A DNA stretch of 64,000 bases from Alphaproteobacteria bacterium. GTDB taxonomy: Bacteria; Pseudomonadota; Alphaproteobacteria; JAREAF01. Location of the stretch: assembly GCA_035620695.1 (NCBI GenBank), contig DASPGI010000066.1:40163-104162 (forward strand), in the 5' to 3' direction. The notes beneath the pieces are model-generated. The model was given only the letters and a program-made list of their open reading frames with translations. It searched no databases and was not told where the DNA came from. The number at the start of each line of letters is the position of its first letter. Position 1 is the stretch's first letter. Both the position numbers and the translations under genes were made by a program. Shown in pieces: positions 1 through 10,772 of the stretch.

Positions 1-542
1 GGGCCGAGCTCGGCCGCCAGATAGCGCACGGTCGCTTCGAGCGCGGCCTTCACCGGTCCCATCACATTGTAATTCTCCACCACCATCTGGCTGCCATAGT
101 AGGTCATGGTGAACAGCGTGCCGCCCTCTGTCATCAACGGCTCGGCCAGCTTGGCCATGCGAATGAAGGACCAGCAGGACACATCCATGGCTTGGAGGAA
201 GCCCTCGCGCGACACGTCGACCACGCGGCCGTGCAGCGCCTCCTTCGGCGCGAAGGCGATCGAGTGCAAAAGAAAATCGAGCTGCCCCCAGTCCTGCCCG
301 ATCCGCTCGAACACCGCTTCCAGCTGCCCTTCGGCACGGACATCGAGTGGAAGCACCAGATCGGCCTCGACCTGTCTTGCCAGCGGCTCGACGAAGGGCT
401 TGGCCTTGTCGTTGAGATAGGTAATCGCCAGCTCCGCCCCGAGGCGATGGAATGCCTTGGCGCATCCCCAGGCAATGGAGTGCTCATTGGCGATGCCTGT
501 GACGAGACCCTTGCGGCCGCGCAAGAGCTTGAACTCGGTCAT
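1..542 (-). CDS. fabI: Enoyl-[acyl-carrier-protein] reductase (NADH), FabI family. Only the N-terminal ~180 aa are in the window; the gene runs off the left edge.
   Basis: The reverse-complement reading from the ATG at 540-542 gives MTEFKLLRGRKGLVTGIANEHSIAWGCAKAF..., the FabI Rossmann motif. The ORF track does not list it because the stop lies outside the window. It sits immediately downstream of ackA, as in the rhizobial pta-ackA-fabI2 arrangement. Confidence 0.85.
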   Translation of the reverse strand, partial: MTEFKLLRGRKGLVTGIANEHSIAWGCAKAFHRLGAELAITYLNDKAKPFVEPLARQVEADLVLPLDVRAEGQLEAVFERIGQDWGQLDFLLHSIAFAPKEALHGRVVDVSREGFLQAMDVSCWSFIRMAKLAEPLMTEGGTLFTMTYYGSQMVVENYNVMGPVKAALEATVRYLAAELG

Positions 543-549
543 GTCGGGT

Positions 550-1782
550 CTATGCGCCATGCATCATCTCCTGCCTTCCACCGCGTTGACGCGCCAACAC
601 CGCCAACGTATGGCGGGCGATCATCAACTCCTCGTCGGTCGGCAGCACGAAAAGCGCGACGCGACTGCCGGGAGCGGAGATCAGCGGGCCGCCCCGCTCG
701 TTTGCCTTCACATCAAGCTCGGCGCCAAGCCAGGCTAGCCGCTGAGCGATCCGAGCACGGATCTCGGGGGAGTTTTCGCCGATGCCGGCGGTGAAGACGA
801 ACGCGTCGAGGCCGCTCATGGCGGCGGCCAAGGAGCCGGCGGCGAGCCCCGCGCGATAGACGAAGTAATCGATGGCAAGAGCCGCTTCTGGCCTGCCGCT
901 CGCGAGGAGCTCTCGCATATCGTTGCTGAGACCGGACAGACCCTTGAGCCCGCACTCGTGATAGAGCAAGCGTTCAACCTCGGCCGCGCTCATGCCCTTC
1001 TCGGCGAGCAGGTACAGAACCACCCCGGGGTCGATTTGCCCCGGCCGCGTGCCCATGGGCAATCCATCCAGCGCGGTGAATCCCATTGTGCTGTCGACGC
1101 TGCGGCCATCGACCATCGCGCACATCGAGACACCGCTGCCCAGATGGGCGACGATGACCCGCCCTGATCGGATCTTCTCATCGAGCGCCGTCAGCCGCTC
1201 GGCGATGTATTCGTAGGAAAGCCCGTGGAATCCATAACGACGAACGCCTTCGGCATACAGACGGGAAGGGATGGCGTAGCGGTCCGCGACCTCCGGATGC
1301 CCGCGATGGAACGCGGTGTCGAAGCATGCGACCTGAAGAAGCTCGGGCGCCTGCGCGAGCAGCGCCCGTATCGGCGCCAAATTGTTCGGCTGATGCAGCG
1401 GCGCCAGGGACACGAAACGCTCGAGCTTGTCGAGAGTCTCGGCATCGATGACCGTCGGTGCATGGAAATCGGGGCCGCCATGCACAACGCGGTGCCCGAC
1501 GGCGACCGGAAAGCCGCGGACCGTTTCACGCAGCCAGGCCCCGACGCGCCGCATCGCCTCCGGAACGTTGGGAACCTCGTCGGCGGAATAGCGGCGTTCG
1601 GCCGTCATACCGGGCTCGACGCCTTCGGCGAGAAGCATGGGCTTGACGCCGATCCCTTCCATGCGGCCCTTGAGCTTCCGCTCCACCTCCTCGCCTCCTG
1701 CGGCGGCAGCGAAGAGCTGGAACTTGATGCTCGACGAACCCGCATTGATGACGAGGACGGTGTCCGTCGGCGACGCCCTCAT
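550..1782 (-). CDS. ackA: Acetate kinase
   Basis: 410 aa. The N-terminus [16 protein letters not shown] is the acetate/propionate kinase signature. It overlaps the pta stop by 4 bp. Confidence 0.95.
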   Translation of the reverse strand: MRASPTDTVLVINAGSSSIKFQLFAAAAGGEEVERKLKGRMEGIGVKPMLLAEGVEPGMTAERRYSADEVPNVPEAMRRVGAWLRETVRGFPVAVGHRVVHGGPDFHAPTVIDAETLDKLERFVSLAPLHQPNNLAPIRALLAQAPELLQVACFDTAFHRGHPEVADRYAIPSRLYAEGVRRYGFHGLSYEYIAERLTALDEKIRSGRVIVAHLGSGVSMCAMVDGRSVDSTMGFTALDGLPMGTRPGQIDPGVVLYLLAEKGMSAAEVERLLYHECGLKGLSGLSNDMRELLASGRPEAALAIDYFVYRAGLAAGSLAAAMSGLDAFVFTAGIGENSPEIRARIAQRLAWLGAELDVKANERGGPLISAPGSRVALFVLPTDEELMIARHTLAVLARQRGGRQEMMHGA

Positions 1783-2744
1783 CCGGTCACCTTGTCGGGC
1801 CGCGCCCGCAAGGCATGCGCATAAAGCACGGCGACCGCGCAGGAGGCCATCCGGGTACGCACCGAATCGGCACGCGAGGTAAGGATGATCGGAACCCTCG
1901 CGCCCAGCACTATGCCCGCGGCATCGGCCCTGGCGAGGAACGTCAGGTTCTTGGCCAGCATATTGCCGGCCTCGAGATCGGGTACGACCAGGATTTGTGC
2001 GCGACCGGCGACCTCGGAGCGGATGCCCTTGATGCGCGCCGCCTCGGGATCGATGGCATTGTCGAAGGCAAGCGGTCCATCGAGAACACCTCCTTTGATC
2101 TGTCCGCGGTCGGCCATTTTACACAAGGCCGCCGCCTCCAGCGTGGAGGGGATCTTCGGCGTGACCGTCTCCACCGCCGACAGTATCGCGACCCTTGGGA
2201 CACCGAGCCCGAGGCCGCTGAAGAGATCGATCGCGTTCTGGATGATATCCCGCTTGGCCTCGAGATCGGGGAAGATGTTCACCGCCGCGTCGGTGATGAA
2301 CAAGGGATCGGGATAAGTGGGCACATCCATGATGAAGACATGGCTGATCCGGCGGGCGGTCCTAAGCCCGGTCTCGCGCGAGGTCACCTCGTGCAGGAGC
2401 TCGTCGGTATGGAGGCTTCCCTTCATCAAGAGCTCACCCTTGCCTTCCCGAATGAGCGCCACACCCTTGGCCGCGGCCTCGTGGCTGTGCGCGGCGTCAA
2501 CGATCTCGTGGCCGGAAAGGTTCAGCCGGTGCTCCGCCGCGACTGCGCCGATCTTGCCTTTCGGGCCCACTAGGATCGGTCGGATGAGACCATGCTCGGC
2601 GGCTTCGAGGGCCCCGCCCAGCGAGGTCTCGTCGCACGGATGCACGACCACCGTCGGCAGCGCACCGGCCTCGCGCGCTTTCGCGATCAGCCGCTCATAT
2701 TTCGCGCCGCGAGGCTCCGTGTCCGGGGTGCCGGCCGCTACCAT
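1779..2744 (-). CDS. pta: Phosphate acetyltransferase, short ~320-aa Pta/Ptb type
   Basis: 321 aa with a phosphate acetyl/butyryltransferase fold. It has a 4-bp overlap with ackA, the classic pta-ackA operon. Confidence 0.88.
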   Translation of the reverse strand: MVAAGTPDTEPRGAKYERLIAKAREAGALPTVVVHPCDETSLGGALEAAEHGLIRPILVGPKGKIGAVAAEHRLNLSGHEIVDAAHSHEAAAKGVALIREGKGELLMKGSLHTDELLHEVTSRETGLRTARRISHVFIMDVPTYPDPLFITDAAVNIFPDLEAKRDIIQNAIDLFSGLGLGVPRVAILSAVETVTPKIPSTLEAAALCKMADRGQIKGGVLDGPLAFDNAIDPEAARIKGIRSEVAGRAQILVVPDLEAGNMLAKNLTFLARADAAGIVLGARVPIILTSRADSVRTRMASCAVAVLYAHALRARPDKVTG

Positions 2745-3211
2745 CGGAAAAATATCCCGATATCTCCGGGCATCCCACCGGGATAGTTGAGCACCTCCAC
2801 CCGCATCTTGTAGCCGAGTGGGGCCAGATGCTCGACATGGTAGTCATAGACCTTTCTTGCAATCCCCTGCAGGCTTTCCGGCCAGTCCTCCTCGGCGTTG
2901 TTGATCCGCCGCCCTCCATCAGAGCACCAGGAGGCCGGGAACTGCCCGATCATGATTTCTTGCCGCCCCTGCTCGGCTGCCTTGCGCACGGCGGTATTGA
3001 AGCGCTCTATCGCTTCCCGCCCGATCTCGCGGCTCATGAAGGCGTCGTGAAGCTCGCGCTGCTCCTGTTCGATTCTTTTCTTCTTCTCCAGAGCCTCGCG
3101 CGCCGCGGCCATATCGCGATCCTCCTGGAGCTTGTTGAGCTCCGAAGGTGCCACGATCTTTCCGGCAGACGATTCCTTCGCTGGCGACATGATGTCCGCT
3201 CCTTTCTTCAT
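2738..3211 (-). CDS. Conserved hypothetical protein upstream of pta (orfA-like)
   Basis: 157 aa, charged coiled-coil-like sequence. Its stop overlaps the pta start and its start overlaps the DUF3141 stop (ATGA-type coupling). No motif recognised. Confidence 0.55.
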   Translation of the reverse strand: MKKGADIMSPAKESSAGKIVAPSELNKLQEDRDMAAAREALEKKKRIEQEQRELHDAFMSREIGREAIERFNTAVRKAAEQGRQEIMIGQFPASWCSDGGRRINNAEEDWPESLQGIARKVYDYHVEHLAPLGYKMRVEVLNYPGGMPGDIGIFFRW

Positions 3212-5436
3212 CCGCCCGAGCTTCCGGCGCGGGCCGCCGAGCGTCCGCCTCGGGGCGCCGCCGCGAGATCGATCAAGGTTCCGGGTGTCTGTTCACGCAA
3301 CCCGAACAGACCCTCAACTACTTCCAGACGCCTGCGAATTTCCGCATCAGGTTCGCCTCGCGCCGCCACCACGCGCCGAAGCAGTTCGAAGGCGGTTTTT
3401 CGCGCAGCGGCCTCCTTGGGCAGGAGTTTTGGAATAGCCTGTAGCGCCGCGTCGCGATCGATCAGCAGCATGTAAAACTGCTCGCGCAGTATCTGCTTGA
3501 AGCTCTGCAACGGTAGCGCGTTACTGCCCTCATGTTCTGCGCGAATGCGTCGGATTGCCTCGAAGATGCGCTCATCGGTGCCGCCGAAGGCACTGCCGAC
3601 ATAGACCAGCGCCCGTAACAGCGCCTCGCGTATGCCTCCCTCGCCGATTCGACTATGCAGCTCCGCCTTGCGTGCCTCAACAAAGGCGTCGTGCAGCGGG
3701 CTCCGGCCGGCTTGCTCCCGCGACCAGTCCGCGGAAATGCCAAGCATCGATTGCAGCACCGGAGAGCTATAGACGGTAAGGAAGGTGCGTTCATAGGCCG
3801 CATCACGCGCATCGCGCCACCCATCCAACGCCTTCACCATCTGCTCGGAGAACCGCTCCTGCATTTGCAGGAAGGGGTTGTCGGCGGATACCGGGCTGCG
3901 GTGGTCGCGGACCGTCTCGGCCAACGCGCCGACCGCCCGCATCATCGGATTGGCGTCTGACATCCACTCATATTGCAGCCGCAGCGGGTGCATCTGTGTG
4001 AGGAACGAGGCGAAGGGGGCAAATCCCGCGCGCACCGCCGGCGCAAAAAAATGCCGATACAGCGCGAGGTTGATCTCGGAGAGCCGCTCCACCGCAGCGA
4101 AGCGACGATCGTCCTCCGGGTCGGAGGGAGCCGCGGCCCTCAAGTCATCGAAGGTGCGCGCCTCGAACCGAAGAACCCAGTCGCCCGAGACGAGATCCGT
4201 TTCCTTCATCTCACTCTTCGGCACCAGCACCGCCTCGTAGAGGCCCGGCGGAAGCACATCGATGAAATCGATGTTGCTGGCGAACTCGTCATGCTCCTTC
4301 CGGGCGATCTTGGCGGAGACGAAGATGCCGAGATGTCCGATCGAGGCGTGAACCGAGTAGATGATGGTCTGCCCGTGGACGCGGATGTCGTCGACATCCT
4401 TGTAAAGATCAGTGATCCAGCCGAGGGCCTGCGGGGGCGGAGTAATGTTGTCGCCCTCAGAGCAGAATACCAGGATCGGCGAGCGGATGGCACGCAGATC
4501 GATGCGCGATCCCTCGGAGGTGACGATCTCCGAGCTCGAAAGCTTGTTGCCGATGAACAGCTTGTCGACGATAAACTGGATTTCCTCGGCGTTGAGCATG
4601 ACATGGCCGCCCCACCATTTCTCGAAACCAAGGAATCGCGGCCCTTCCGTGTCGATATTGGCGTAGAGATTGTAGGGCTTCTTCCATAGCGTGTTGGCTG
4701 GATCCAGATTCTCGAAATTGGCCACCAGCCAGGCGCCATCGAACTGCCCGTTTCCGGCATCGCCTAAGAGCGCCGTCAGCCAGCTTCCGCCGACCAAGCC
4801 GCCGGTATAGCGCATGGGGTTCTTGCCATGAACACCAGCCCAGTAGGACAGCGGCGCACCGGCAACCACCACCGGTCCGACCAGATCGGGATGGAGCGCC
4901 GCCAGCATCATCACCGCCCAGCCGCCCTGGCAGTTGCCGATGACGCAGGGCTTGCCCTCGGCGTCGGGGTGAAGCGCGATAACTCGTTCCAGAAACTTCG
5001 CTTCCGCGGCCGTCACGTCCTCGATCGTCTGGCCCGGCATCGGCTCCGGCAGAAAGCCGATGGCATAGCAGGGATGCCCGGCGGCGAGCGCCACGCCGAT
5101 CTCGCTATCCGCCTTGAAGCCGCCGATACCCGGCCCGTGCCCGGCGCGCGGATCGACGACGACGAATGGCCGCTTGCGCGGATCGGCTTCGATGCCTTCG
5201 GGCTGCCGGATGCGGACGAGGCCGTAGTTGACAGGCCGCTCCAGTCGGCGCCCATCCATCACCGGCTCGAATTCGAAGGACAAGACGTGGGGCGCGGTGC
5301 GGGCGGTATGCTCGCGGTACTGGTTCCCGCGTTGACGCAGCATGTCCAGGTAAAGCACGGTCCGCTGCGCCGAATCGACCAGATATTCGAATAGAGGATT
5401 GTTAAAGGCGGCAACCCGTTCCCTGCTTTCTTGCAT
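3208..5436 (-). CDS. DUF3141-family alpha/beta-hydrolase-like protein with a PhaC-like GxCxGG box
   Basis: About 742 aa. The start is taken at MQESRER... (ATG at 5436) because a GGAGGAG RBS lies 7 bp upstream; the listed ORF extends further to 5628. It contains GNCQGGW, a nucleophile-elbow/lipase box that resembles the PHA synthase G-X-C-X-G-G box. Confidence 0.7.
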   Translation of the reverse strand: MQESRERVAAFNNPLFEYLVDSAQRTVLYLDMLRQRGNQYREHTARTAPHVLSFEFEPVMDGRRLERPVNYGLVRIRQPEGIEADPRKRPFVVVDPRAGHGPGIGGFKADSEIGVALAAGHPCYAIGFLPEPMPGQTIEDVTAAEAKFLERVIALHPDAEGKPCVIGNCQGGWAVMMLAALHPDLVGPVVVAGAPLSYWAGVHGKNPMRYTGGLVGGSWLTALLGDAGNGQFDGAWLVANFENLDPANTLWKKPYNLYANIDTEGPRFLGFEKWWGGHVMLNAEEIQFIVDKLFIGNKLSSSEIVTSEGSRIDLRAIRSPILVFCSEGDNITPPPQALGWITDLYKDVDDIRVHGQTIIYSVHASIGHLGIFVSAKIARKEHDEFASNIDFIDVLPPGLYEAVLVPKSEMKETDLVSGDWVLRFEARTFDDLRAAAPSDPEDDRRFAAVERLSEINLALYRHFFAPAVRAGFAPFASFLTQMHPLRLQYEWMSDANPMMRAVGALAETVRDHRSPVSADNPFLQMQERFSEQMVKALDGWRDARDAAYERTFLTVYSSPVLQSMLGISADWSREQAGRSPLHDAFVEARKAELHSRIGEGGIREALLRALVYVGSAFGGTDERIFEAIRRIRAEHEGSNALPLQSFKQILREQFYMLLIDRDAALQAIPKLLPKEAAARKTAFELLRRVVAARGEPDAEIRRRLEVVEGLFGLREQTPGTLIDLAAAPRGGRSAARAGSSGG

Positions 5437-5796
5437 TAAAGCTCCTCCAACGCGACCGAACTTTTCGACATCTTCCCGGATGGCCGATCCGACCCCTTTG
5501 ACCTGCATCAAAGTGGCGGCATTCCGGCGGCAGTCAAGGAAAAGGACGCTTGCAGCTACCGGCCATTCAGCACCGCACGCGCATTCACGACGGAGATGAG
5601 CGAGGGCGACGAACGCGCTGCCACGCAATCATCATTGTGCCGCCCGCCGCTGGCGTCATTGTTTTCATGGAGCGCGTAAAAGCATCTGGTCGAAGGTAGT
5701 AGCCCCAACGCCCAACTCGGGGTTTTTTCGCTATTCCCACGGCTATTTCCGGAGCGGGCCTCAGCAGTTGTCGACGGTGCCGGGCTTGCGAACGGC

Positions 5797-7569
5797 TTAT
5801 GGCTTCCAGTCAACCCGGTGTTCGGCCAGATAGGCGTCGACTCCGGCTCCGAGCGTTGGATGGAAACTATCGTGCCCGAGTTGGCCCATGATCTCGAACC
5901 GCCGCAGCTTGTCTTTCACCGGATCCTTCATCTCGGCGAACCGCAACTCGATCCCGTCATGTCGCAGGCTCGTCTCCAACTCGGAGAGCATATCGGCTGA
6001 CGTCACATCCACGCTGGTGATGGGTTCTGCCGCGAGGACCACTCTGCGCACCGGCGTCGGCGACATTGCGATCGCCGCGCTCAGGCTCTTGCGAAACAAT
6101 TCGGAGTTGGCGAAAAAAAGCGGCGCATCCCAGCGAAAGATGACGAGGCCGGGAACAAGTCGCGCATGCGGATAGCGCCTAAGATCGTGGTATCCGCGCA
6201 AGCCGTCGACGCGGCCCAGAATCGCGGAGTATGGGCGCCAGCCGTCCCAGAGAAACTCGATCACGGCGATTACGATCGCAAGCCCGATACCCTGGATCGC
6301 GCCCAACGTAGCAACGCCCGCGAAGCAGGCCATGGACAGCCAGAATTCCCAACGCTGAATGCGATATATGCGGCGCAAATCGGTGATTTCGAAGAGGCCG
6401 ATGGCGGCCGCGATCACGACCGCCGCCAGCGCGCTGCTGGGCAGATCGCGCAGCAGATCGGGTGCAAGGACCAGAAGGAGCATGACGCCTCCCGCTCCGA
6501 CGACGCCGGTGAGCTGCGTCTTGGCGCCGGCGGACTCCGCCACGGGCGTTCGCGAGGAGGAGCTGCTGATCGGAAAGCCCTGGAAGAATCCAGCGGCGAG
6601 GTTGGCTGCTCCGAGCCCGATCACTTCCTGGTTCGGGTCCACACTTGTTCGCATCCTTGCGGCATAGGAGCGTGACAGCACGCTCGTGTCGGCAAAAGAC
6701 ACCAATGCGACGGCGCAACCACCGATGATGACAGGAACCAGGTCGCCTGCCTCTATCCACGGAACGACAAAGGAGGGCAAGCCCTCCGGCAAGGGACCGA
6801 GAACCTTGACCCCTGCGGCCTCGTCGAGCCCGAAGATACCGACCGCGGCGGTCGCGCCGATCACGGCGAGGAGAATGCCGGGATGACGTGTCCAGCGTTT
6901 CGACATCAAGATCACCAAGAGCGTGGCGGCCCCGATGGCGAAAGCGATCCAGTTGACCCTGCCGTTCAGGACCGCCTTGACGATCTCCAGCAAGTCTTGC
7001 ACCGGCCCGGTGCTCTTGACGGAGACCTGCAAGAGATTGGGGATCTGGCTGATAATCACCGTCAGCGCAATGCCGTTCATGTAGCCGTACCGGATCGGCT
7101 TGGAGAGGAGCTCGGTGATGAACCCAAGCCGCAGCACGCCAAAAAGGACGCATACGAGCCCGGCAACCACCGCCATCATGCCGGCAAGTGCGACGGCGCG
7201 GCCCGGATCTCCTCCCGACAGCGGCAGGACAGTGCCTAAGATAAGGGTCGCCAGCGCCGAATCCGGCCCCAGCACCAGGATCCGGCTTGGCCCGAACAAA
7301 GCATAGGCCAAGAGCGGAACGATGGTGGCATAAAGACCGTAGATGCCCGGCACGCCGGAAGCCACCGCATAGGCGATACCCACCGGGATCAACATGGCCG
7401 ACAAGACAAGGCCGGCCGTCAGATCGCTTGGCAGCCAGGCGAGCTTGTACCGTCGCGCGGATTCGATTCCCGGCAGCCAGCGTCGCCAACCCGATGCGGC
7501 CGCTTCCAAACCGGGGCTCCTCTGGCGACCCGATTCCGGGTCCCGCTCCTCAAGTGATGCCTCGTTCAT
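5797..7569 (-). CDS. SulP-family sulfate/anion permease with C-terminal STAS domain
   Basis: 590 aa. Polytopic N-terminal region (PVGIAYAVASGVPGIYGLYATIVPLL) followed by a STAS-like C-terminus. Confidence 0.9.
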   Translation of the reverse strand: MNEASLEERDPESGRQRSPGLEAAASGWRRWLPGIESARRYKLAWLPSDLTAGLVLSAMLIPVGIAYAVASGVPGIYGLYATIVPLLAYALFGPSRILVLGPDSALATLILGTVLPLSGGDPGRAVALAGMMAVVAGLVCVLFGVLRLGFITELLSKPIRYGYMNGIALTVIISQIPNLLQVSVKSTGPVQDLLEIVKAVLNGRVNWIAFAIGAATLLVILMSKRWTRHPGILLAVIGATAAVGIFGLDEAAGVKVLGPLPEGLPSFVVPWIEAGDLVPVIIGGCAVALVSFADTSVLSRSYAARMRTSVDPNQEVIGLGAANLAAGFFQGFPISSSSSRTPVAESAGAKTQLTGVVGAGGVMLLLVLAPDLLRDLPSSALAAVVIAAAIGLFEITDLRRIYRIQRWEFWLSMACFAGVATLGAIQGIGLAIVIAVIEFLWDGWRPYSAILGRVDGLRGYHDLRRYPHARLVPGLVIFRWDAPLFFANSELFRKSLSAAIAMSPTPVRRVVLAAEPITSVDVTSADMLSELETSLRHDGIELRFAEMKDPVKDKLRRFEIMGQLGHDSFHPTLGAGVDAYLAEHRVDWKP

Positions 7570-7619
7570 CCACGTACTCTGCGAGCCTGCGCACCTGTCC
7601 GGCCCTGGTCTTATGTGGG

Positions 7620-8681
7620 CTAGGATTCGGGCGTCAGGAAGAAAGCCAGGCCGAGAATCAGATAGACCGCAAGCAGCTGCACCCCTTTCAGCCAGTCCGA
7701 CCGCCCATCTCCGGCGACCTGCCCGGTTATCAGTACGGCCAACAATACAGTGAGCACCAGGCCCTCCCCGAAAACGAGATCCATCGTCGCCGGACCAACG
7801 AAGAGACTTGCCAGTACCAGAAGTGGAGCAACGAAAAGGGCGACCTGCACGCTGGATCCGATGGCGATCGACAGGGAGAGGTCCATGCGGTTCTTCATCG
7901 CGGCCGTGATCGCGCTGGCGTGTTCGGCGGCATTGCCGAGAATGGCGACGACGAAAACACCTATGAAGATGTTGCTAAGGCCAAGCTCGTGCGCGCTCGG
8001 CTCGATCGCCCCGACCAAGATCTCGCTTATCCAGGCGATGGCGACAGTCGCACCCGCAAGCACTGCGATTGCCCATCCAACCGGCCACGCCTCCCCATGC
8101 TCGCCATGCTCCGGTGCGGAGAATCCCGAGAACAACGTGGAATGGGTACGTAACGAAAAGAAGAGGAACATGACATAAACCACCAGCAGGACCACCGATA
8201 TGGAGAGGCTAAGGATCCCCTGCCCGCCCGGAACGTACTCGGCGACCAGCTGGCTGTAGGCAGCCGGGATGATCAATGCGATTGCCGCGAGCGTCAGCAT
8301 GGTGGCCTGCGAGCGCGCTCCCGCCGCATTGAAATGCTGCTCTTCGTGCCGAATGCCGCCGGCAAGCATAGCGGCACCGAGCACCAGCAGAATGTTGCCC
8401 ACGATGGATCCGGCGATCGAGGCTTTGACCACGTCGTGCAGCCCGGCGCGCAGAGCGGCGAGCGCGATGATCAGTTCGGCGGCGTTGCCGAAGGTGGCGT
8501 TGAGCAATCCGCCCACGCCTTCACCCGACCGGTTCGCGAGTTGCTCGGTGGCGCGACCCAACCAGCCGGCAAGCGGCAGAATCGCGATCGCGGCCGCCAA
8601 GAACACCAGCAGATAGCGCTCCGGCGTCAGGTACTCCAAAACGATCGCGATCGGGGTGAATATCAACAGCCATTTCATCAT
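7620..8681 (-). CDS. Ca2+/H+ antiporter, CaCA (ChaA/CAX) family
   Basis: Two Na_Ca_ex repeats with GNAAE motifs ([19 protein letters not shown]). Start taken at MMKWLL (ATG at 8681) behind a GGAG RBS; the listed ORF start at 8861 is probably an N-terminal over-extension. Confidence 0.85.
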   Translation of the reverse strand: MMKWLLIFTPIAIVLEYLTPERYLLVFLAAAIAILPLAGWLGRATEQLANRSGEGVGGLLNATFGNAAELIIALAALRAGLHDVVKASIAGSIVGNILLVLGAAMLAGGIRHEEQHFNAAGARSQATMLTLAAIALIIPAAYSQLVAEYVPGGQGILSLSISVVLLVVYVMFLFFSLRTHSTLFSGFSAPEHGEHGEAWPVGWAIAVLAGATVAIAWISEILVGAIEPSAHELGLSNIFIGVFVVAILGNAAEHASAITAAMKNRMDLSLSIAIGSSVQVALFVAPLLVLASLFVGPATMDLVFGEGLVLTVLLAVLITGQVAGDGRSDWLKGVQLLAVYLILGLAFFLTPES

Positions 8682-8698
8682 ATCCAAGCAGTCTCCTC

Positions 8699-9427
8699 TC
8701 AGCCGCCCAAGGCAATGGCGACGGCCACCAGCGCGATGCCTAGCAACATCACGCCGACACCGGCGAACCACGGGTTCGCGATCGTATGGCGCGCCCACAG
8801 ATAGCCGACCACGAACAGCAAGATGGTGAGGAGCAAGTTGGAGAGGCGCAACGCCAGCCACGAGTCACTGACCAACAAAAATGGGGCAGCCGCCGGAAGG
8901 GCCGTCATGAACACGAGAAAGAATACGGTAACCGCCCCCATCAGATCGTCGCGCGTCACGCGAGTCCGAGGCGGCTGCGAGCGGGTGACAACTTCAAAAA
9001 CCCCCCGATATAGCCGATCGCGGTCTTCCTCTTGTGTGACCGGCTCGAGATCCGGCTCCATCTCGCGGCGAATTGCCGCCAGCGCCATAACCTCGTTCGG
9101 GGCCGCCTTGATGGCGCGAGCCAAGCGGACACGGCGGCTGCGGACGAACACCTTGCCCATGATATAGAGCACAGCGTCGATGATGCCCCAAGCGATGTTG
9201 CAGCCAATGGCCGCATAAAGCAGCTCTTGTGCGCTACCGGCTCCTTCGCCAGCGCGAATAGCGATACCGGCGCCAAGCGTGAAGGTCAGCACCATGATCA
9301 GCCCGAACAGGAGTTCACCAAGACTTTCCTCCGGACCGAGATAGCGTAGGAGAAGCAATGTCGGGTTCCCAAAATGCGAGGGTTTGATCGCTCTGAGTTC
9401 ATCGTGCCGCTTGCGATTCAAATTCAC
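8699..9427 (-). CDS. VIT1/CCC1-family iron/manganese transporter
   Basis: 242 aa. A cytoplasmic N-terminal helical region then five TM helices, with a VIT-family-like segment LYAAIGCNIAWGIIDAVLYIMG. There is an 18-bp gap to the CaCA gene. Confidence 0.75.
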   Translation of the reverse strand: MNLNRKRHDELRAIKPSHFGNPTLLLLRYLGPEESLGELLFGLIMVLTFTLGAGIAIRAGEGAGSAQELLYAAIGCNIAWGIIDAVLYIMGKVFVRSRRVRLARAIKAAPNEVMALAAIRREMEPDLEPVTQEEDRDRLYRGVFEVVTRSQPPRTRVTRDDLMGAVTVFFLVFMTALPAAAPFLLVSDSWLALRLSNLLLTILLFVVGYLWARHTIANPWFAGVGVMLLGIALVAVAIALGG

Positions 9428-9668
9428 AATCAGCTCCTGATTTTGACAAGGATCAAAGGCCGCATTGCAAAGCCATGCCGTTCACGCGCGCGCACCCCGC
9501 ACGGATGGACTTTAGTGCTAAGGCTTACGGCTCAACCTAGTCCGATAATGGCCTCTTTCGGGCAATCGACAGGGTCACGATTCAAGGACGATAGATAAGG
9601 GATGTCGCGGGCACTGCCTTTTCCCCAACCCTGCCCATGCGCGCTCTTTTTCGCGAACGGCGTCTGCG

Positions 9669-10772
9669 TCACGATGCCGGCGGCTTCTGTTGGTCCGCCA
9701 CCGGCCGCAACACATAGTCTCCGGGGCTCCATTCCCTCATCAAGGTGTAAAGAATGGCCAGAATCGTCGGCCCAAGAAAGATGCCGATGAAGCCGAAGGC
9801 GATAGCCCCGCCCAATATGCCGATGAGGATCAGCAGCAGAGGCAGCGCGCTGCCGCGCGAGATGAACATCGGCCTGATGACATTGTCGATATTCCCTACC
9901 AGGATGGCACTCCATGCGACCAGGAAAACGCCCCAGGCGATCTGGTCTGAGCGGAACAGCCAGATCGCGACCGGCAGCCAGACAATCACCGCCGCGCCCG
10001 GAATGATTCCGAGGAAACCCGTGGCGATGCCGAGCAGGAACGGCGCCGGCACCCCCGAAATCCAGTAGCCGAAAGCCGCGAGCGAGGCTTGCGCCAGCGC
10101 CGAGCCCATGACGCCGTAGACCACGCCCTTGAGCGTACCGTAGGCAACGGCCAGAAGACGCCGCGCCCGGTCTCCCGCCACGCGACTGAGGATGTCGGTC
10201 AGGCGATGCAAAGCGGCTTCGCCATCCCGATAGAAGAAGAAAGCGCAGACGATGCTGAGGGCAAGCTCCGCAATGCCGCCTCCCACCGCCGCGCCGATCT
10301 TCAACAACCGCTGGACCGCACCTCGCAGCAGTTGCTGCAGCTCCTCGGACTCGCTTCCTTCAGCGGCAAGCTCGCGCCAGCGTTGAACGAGCCTGTCTCC
10401 GACGAGCGGGATCCGCGCGAGGAAGTCAGGGGGCTCGACACCGCCCTCCTGAAGCGCCAGGCGCAGCCGTTCGCCCAAGGTCGCGACATTGTCCGCCATG
10501 GTCACGCCGACCAAAGCGACCGGGCCCAGCAGCACCAACACCAGCAGTAGCGTCATCAGCGTCGCCGCGAGCGTGCCACGCCCACCGAGATGTCTGCGGA
10601 ACCAGGAGAAAACCGGCCATGTGGCGATGGCAAGGATCGCGCCCCAAAGCAGAGCCGCCAGAAACGGCCGCACGATCACGAACGAGACCGCGCATAGAAG
10701 AAGGATGAAGATCAGCGCGAACGCGGTCGCGATGTAGGCGGTGCGTTGTTCGGGCCTCTGCGCCATATCCAC
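9669..10772 (-). CDS. AI-2E family transporter (PerM/UPF0118)
   Basis: 367 aa, 8 TM. The C-terminal conserved block NIDNVIRPMFISRGSALPLLLILIGILGG is typical of AI-2E/PerM permeases. Confidence 0.85.
   Translation of the reverse strand: MDMAQRPEQRTAYIATAFALIFILLLCAVSFVIVRPFLAALLWGAILAIATWPVFSWFRRHLGGRGTLAATLMTLLLVLVLLGPVALVGVTMADNVATLGERLRLALQEGGVEPPDFLARIPLVGDRLVQRWRELAAEGSESEELQQLLRGAVQRLLKIGAAVGGGIAELALSIVCAFFFYRDGEAALHRLTDILSRVAGDRARRLLAVAYGTLKGVVYGVMGSALAQASLAAFGYWISGVPAPFLLGIATGFLGIIPGAAVIVWLPVAIWLFRSDQIAWGVFLVAWSAILVGNIDNVIRPMFISRGSALPLLLILIGILGGAIAFGFIGIFLGPTILAILYTLMREWSPGDYVLRPVADQQKPPAS

Noticed and set aside
106-487. ORFs 106..420 (+), 134..487 (-) and 192..794 (+) at the left edge
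   Set aside because: All are overlapped by the in-frame fabI N-terminal coding sequence (minus strand, start at 542), which has a clear enoyl-ACP reductase signature. They are alternative-frame artefacts.
5700-5735. CCCCAACGCCCAACTCGGGG followed by TTTTTT as a possible Rho-independent terminator
   Set aside because: The hairpin plus T-tract is oriented for a plus-strand transcript, but no plus-strand gene ends here. The stem is short (4 bp), and for the minus-strand SulP transcript the A-tract precedes the hairpin. It is probably fortuitous or part of the promoter region.
5437-5796. Search for a PhoB (Pho box) site upstream of the DUF3141-orfA-pta-ackA unit
   Set aside because: Only weak TCAT...TCAT direct repeats are visible (GTCATTGTTTTCATGG around 5655..5670). 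None convincingly matches the CTGTCAT-type tandem repeats. A weight-matrix scan would be needed before calling it.
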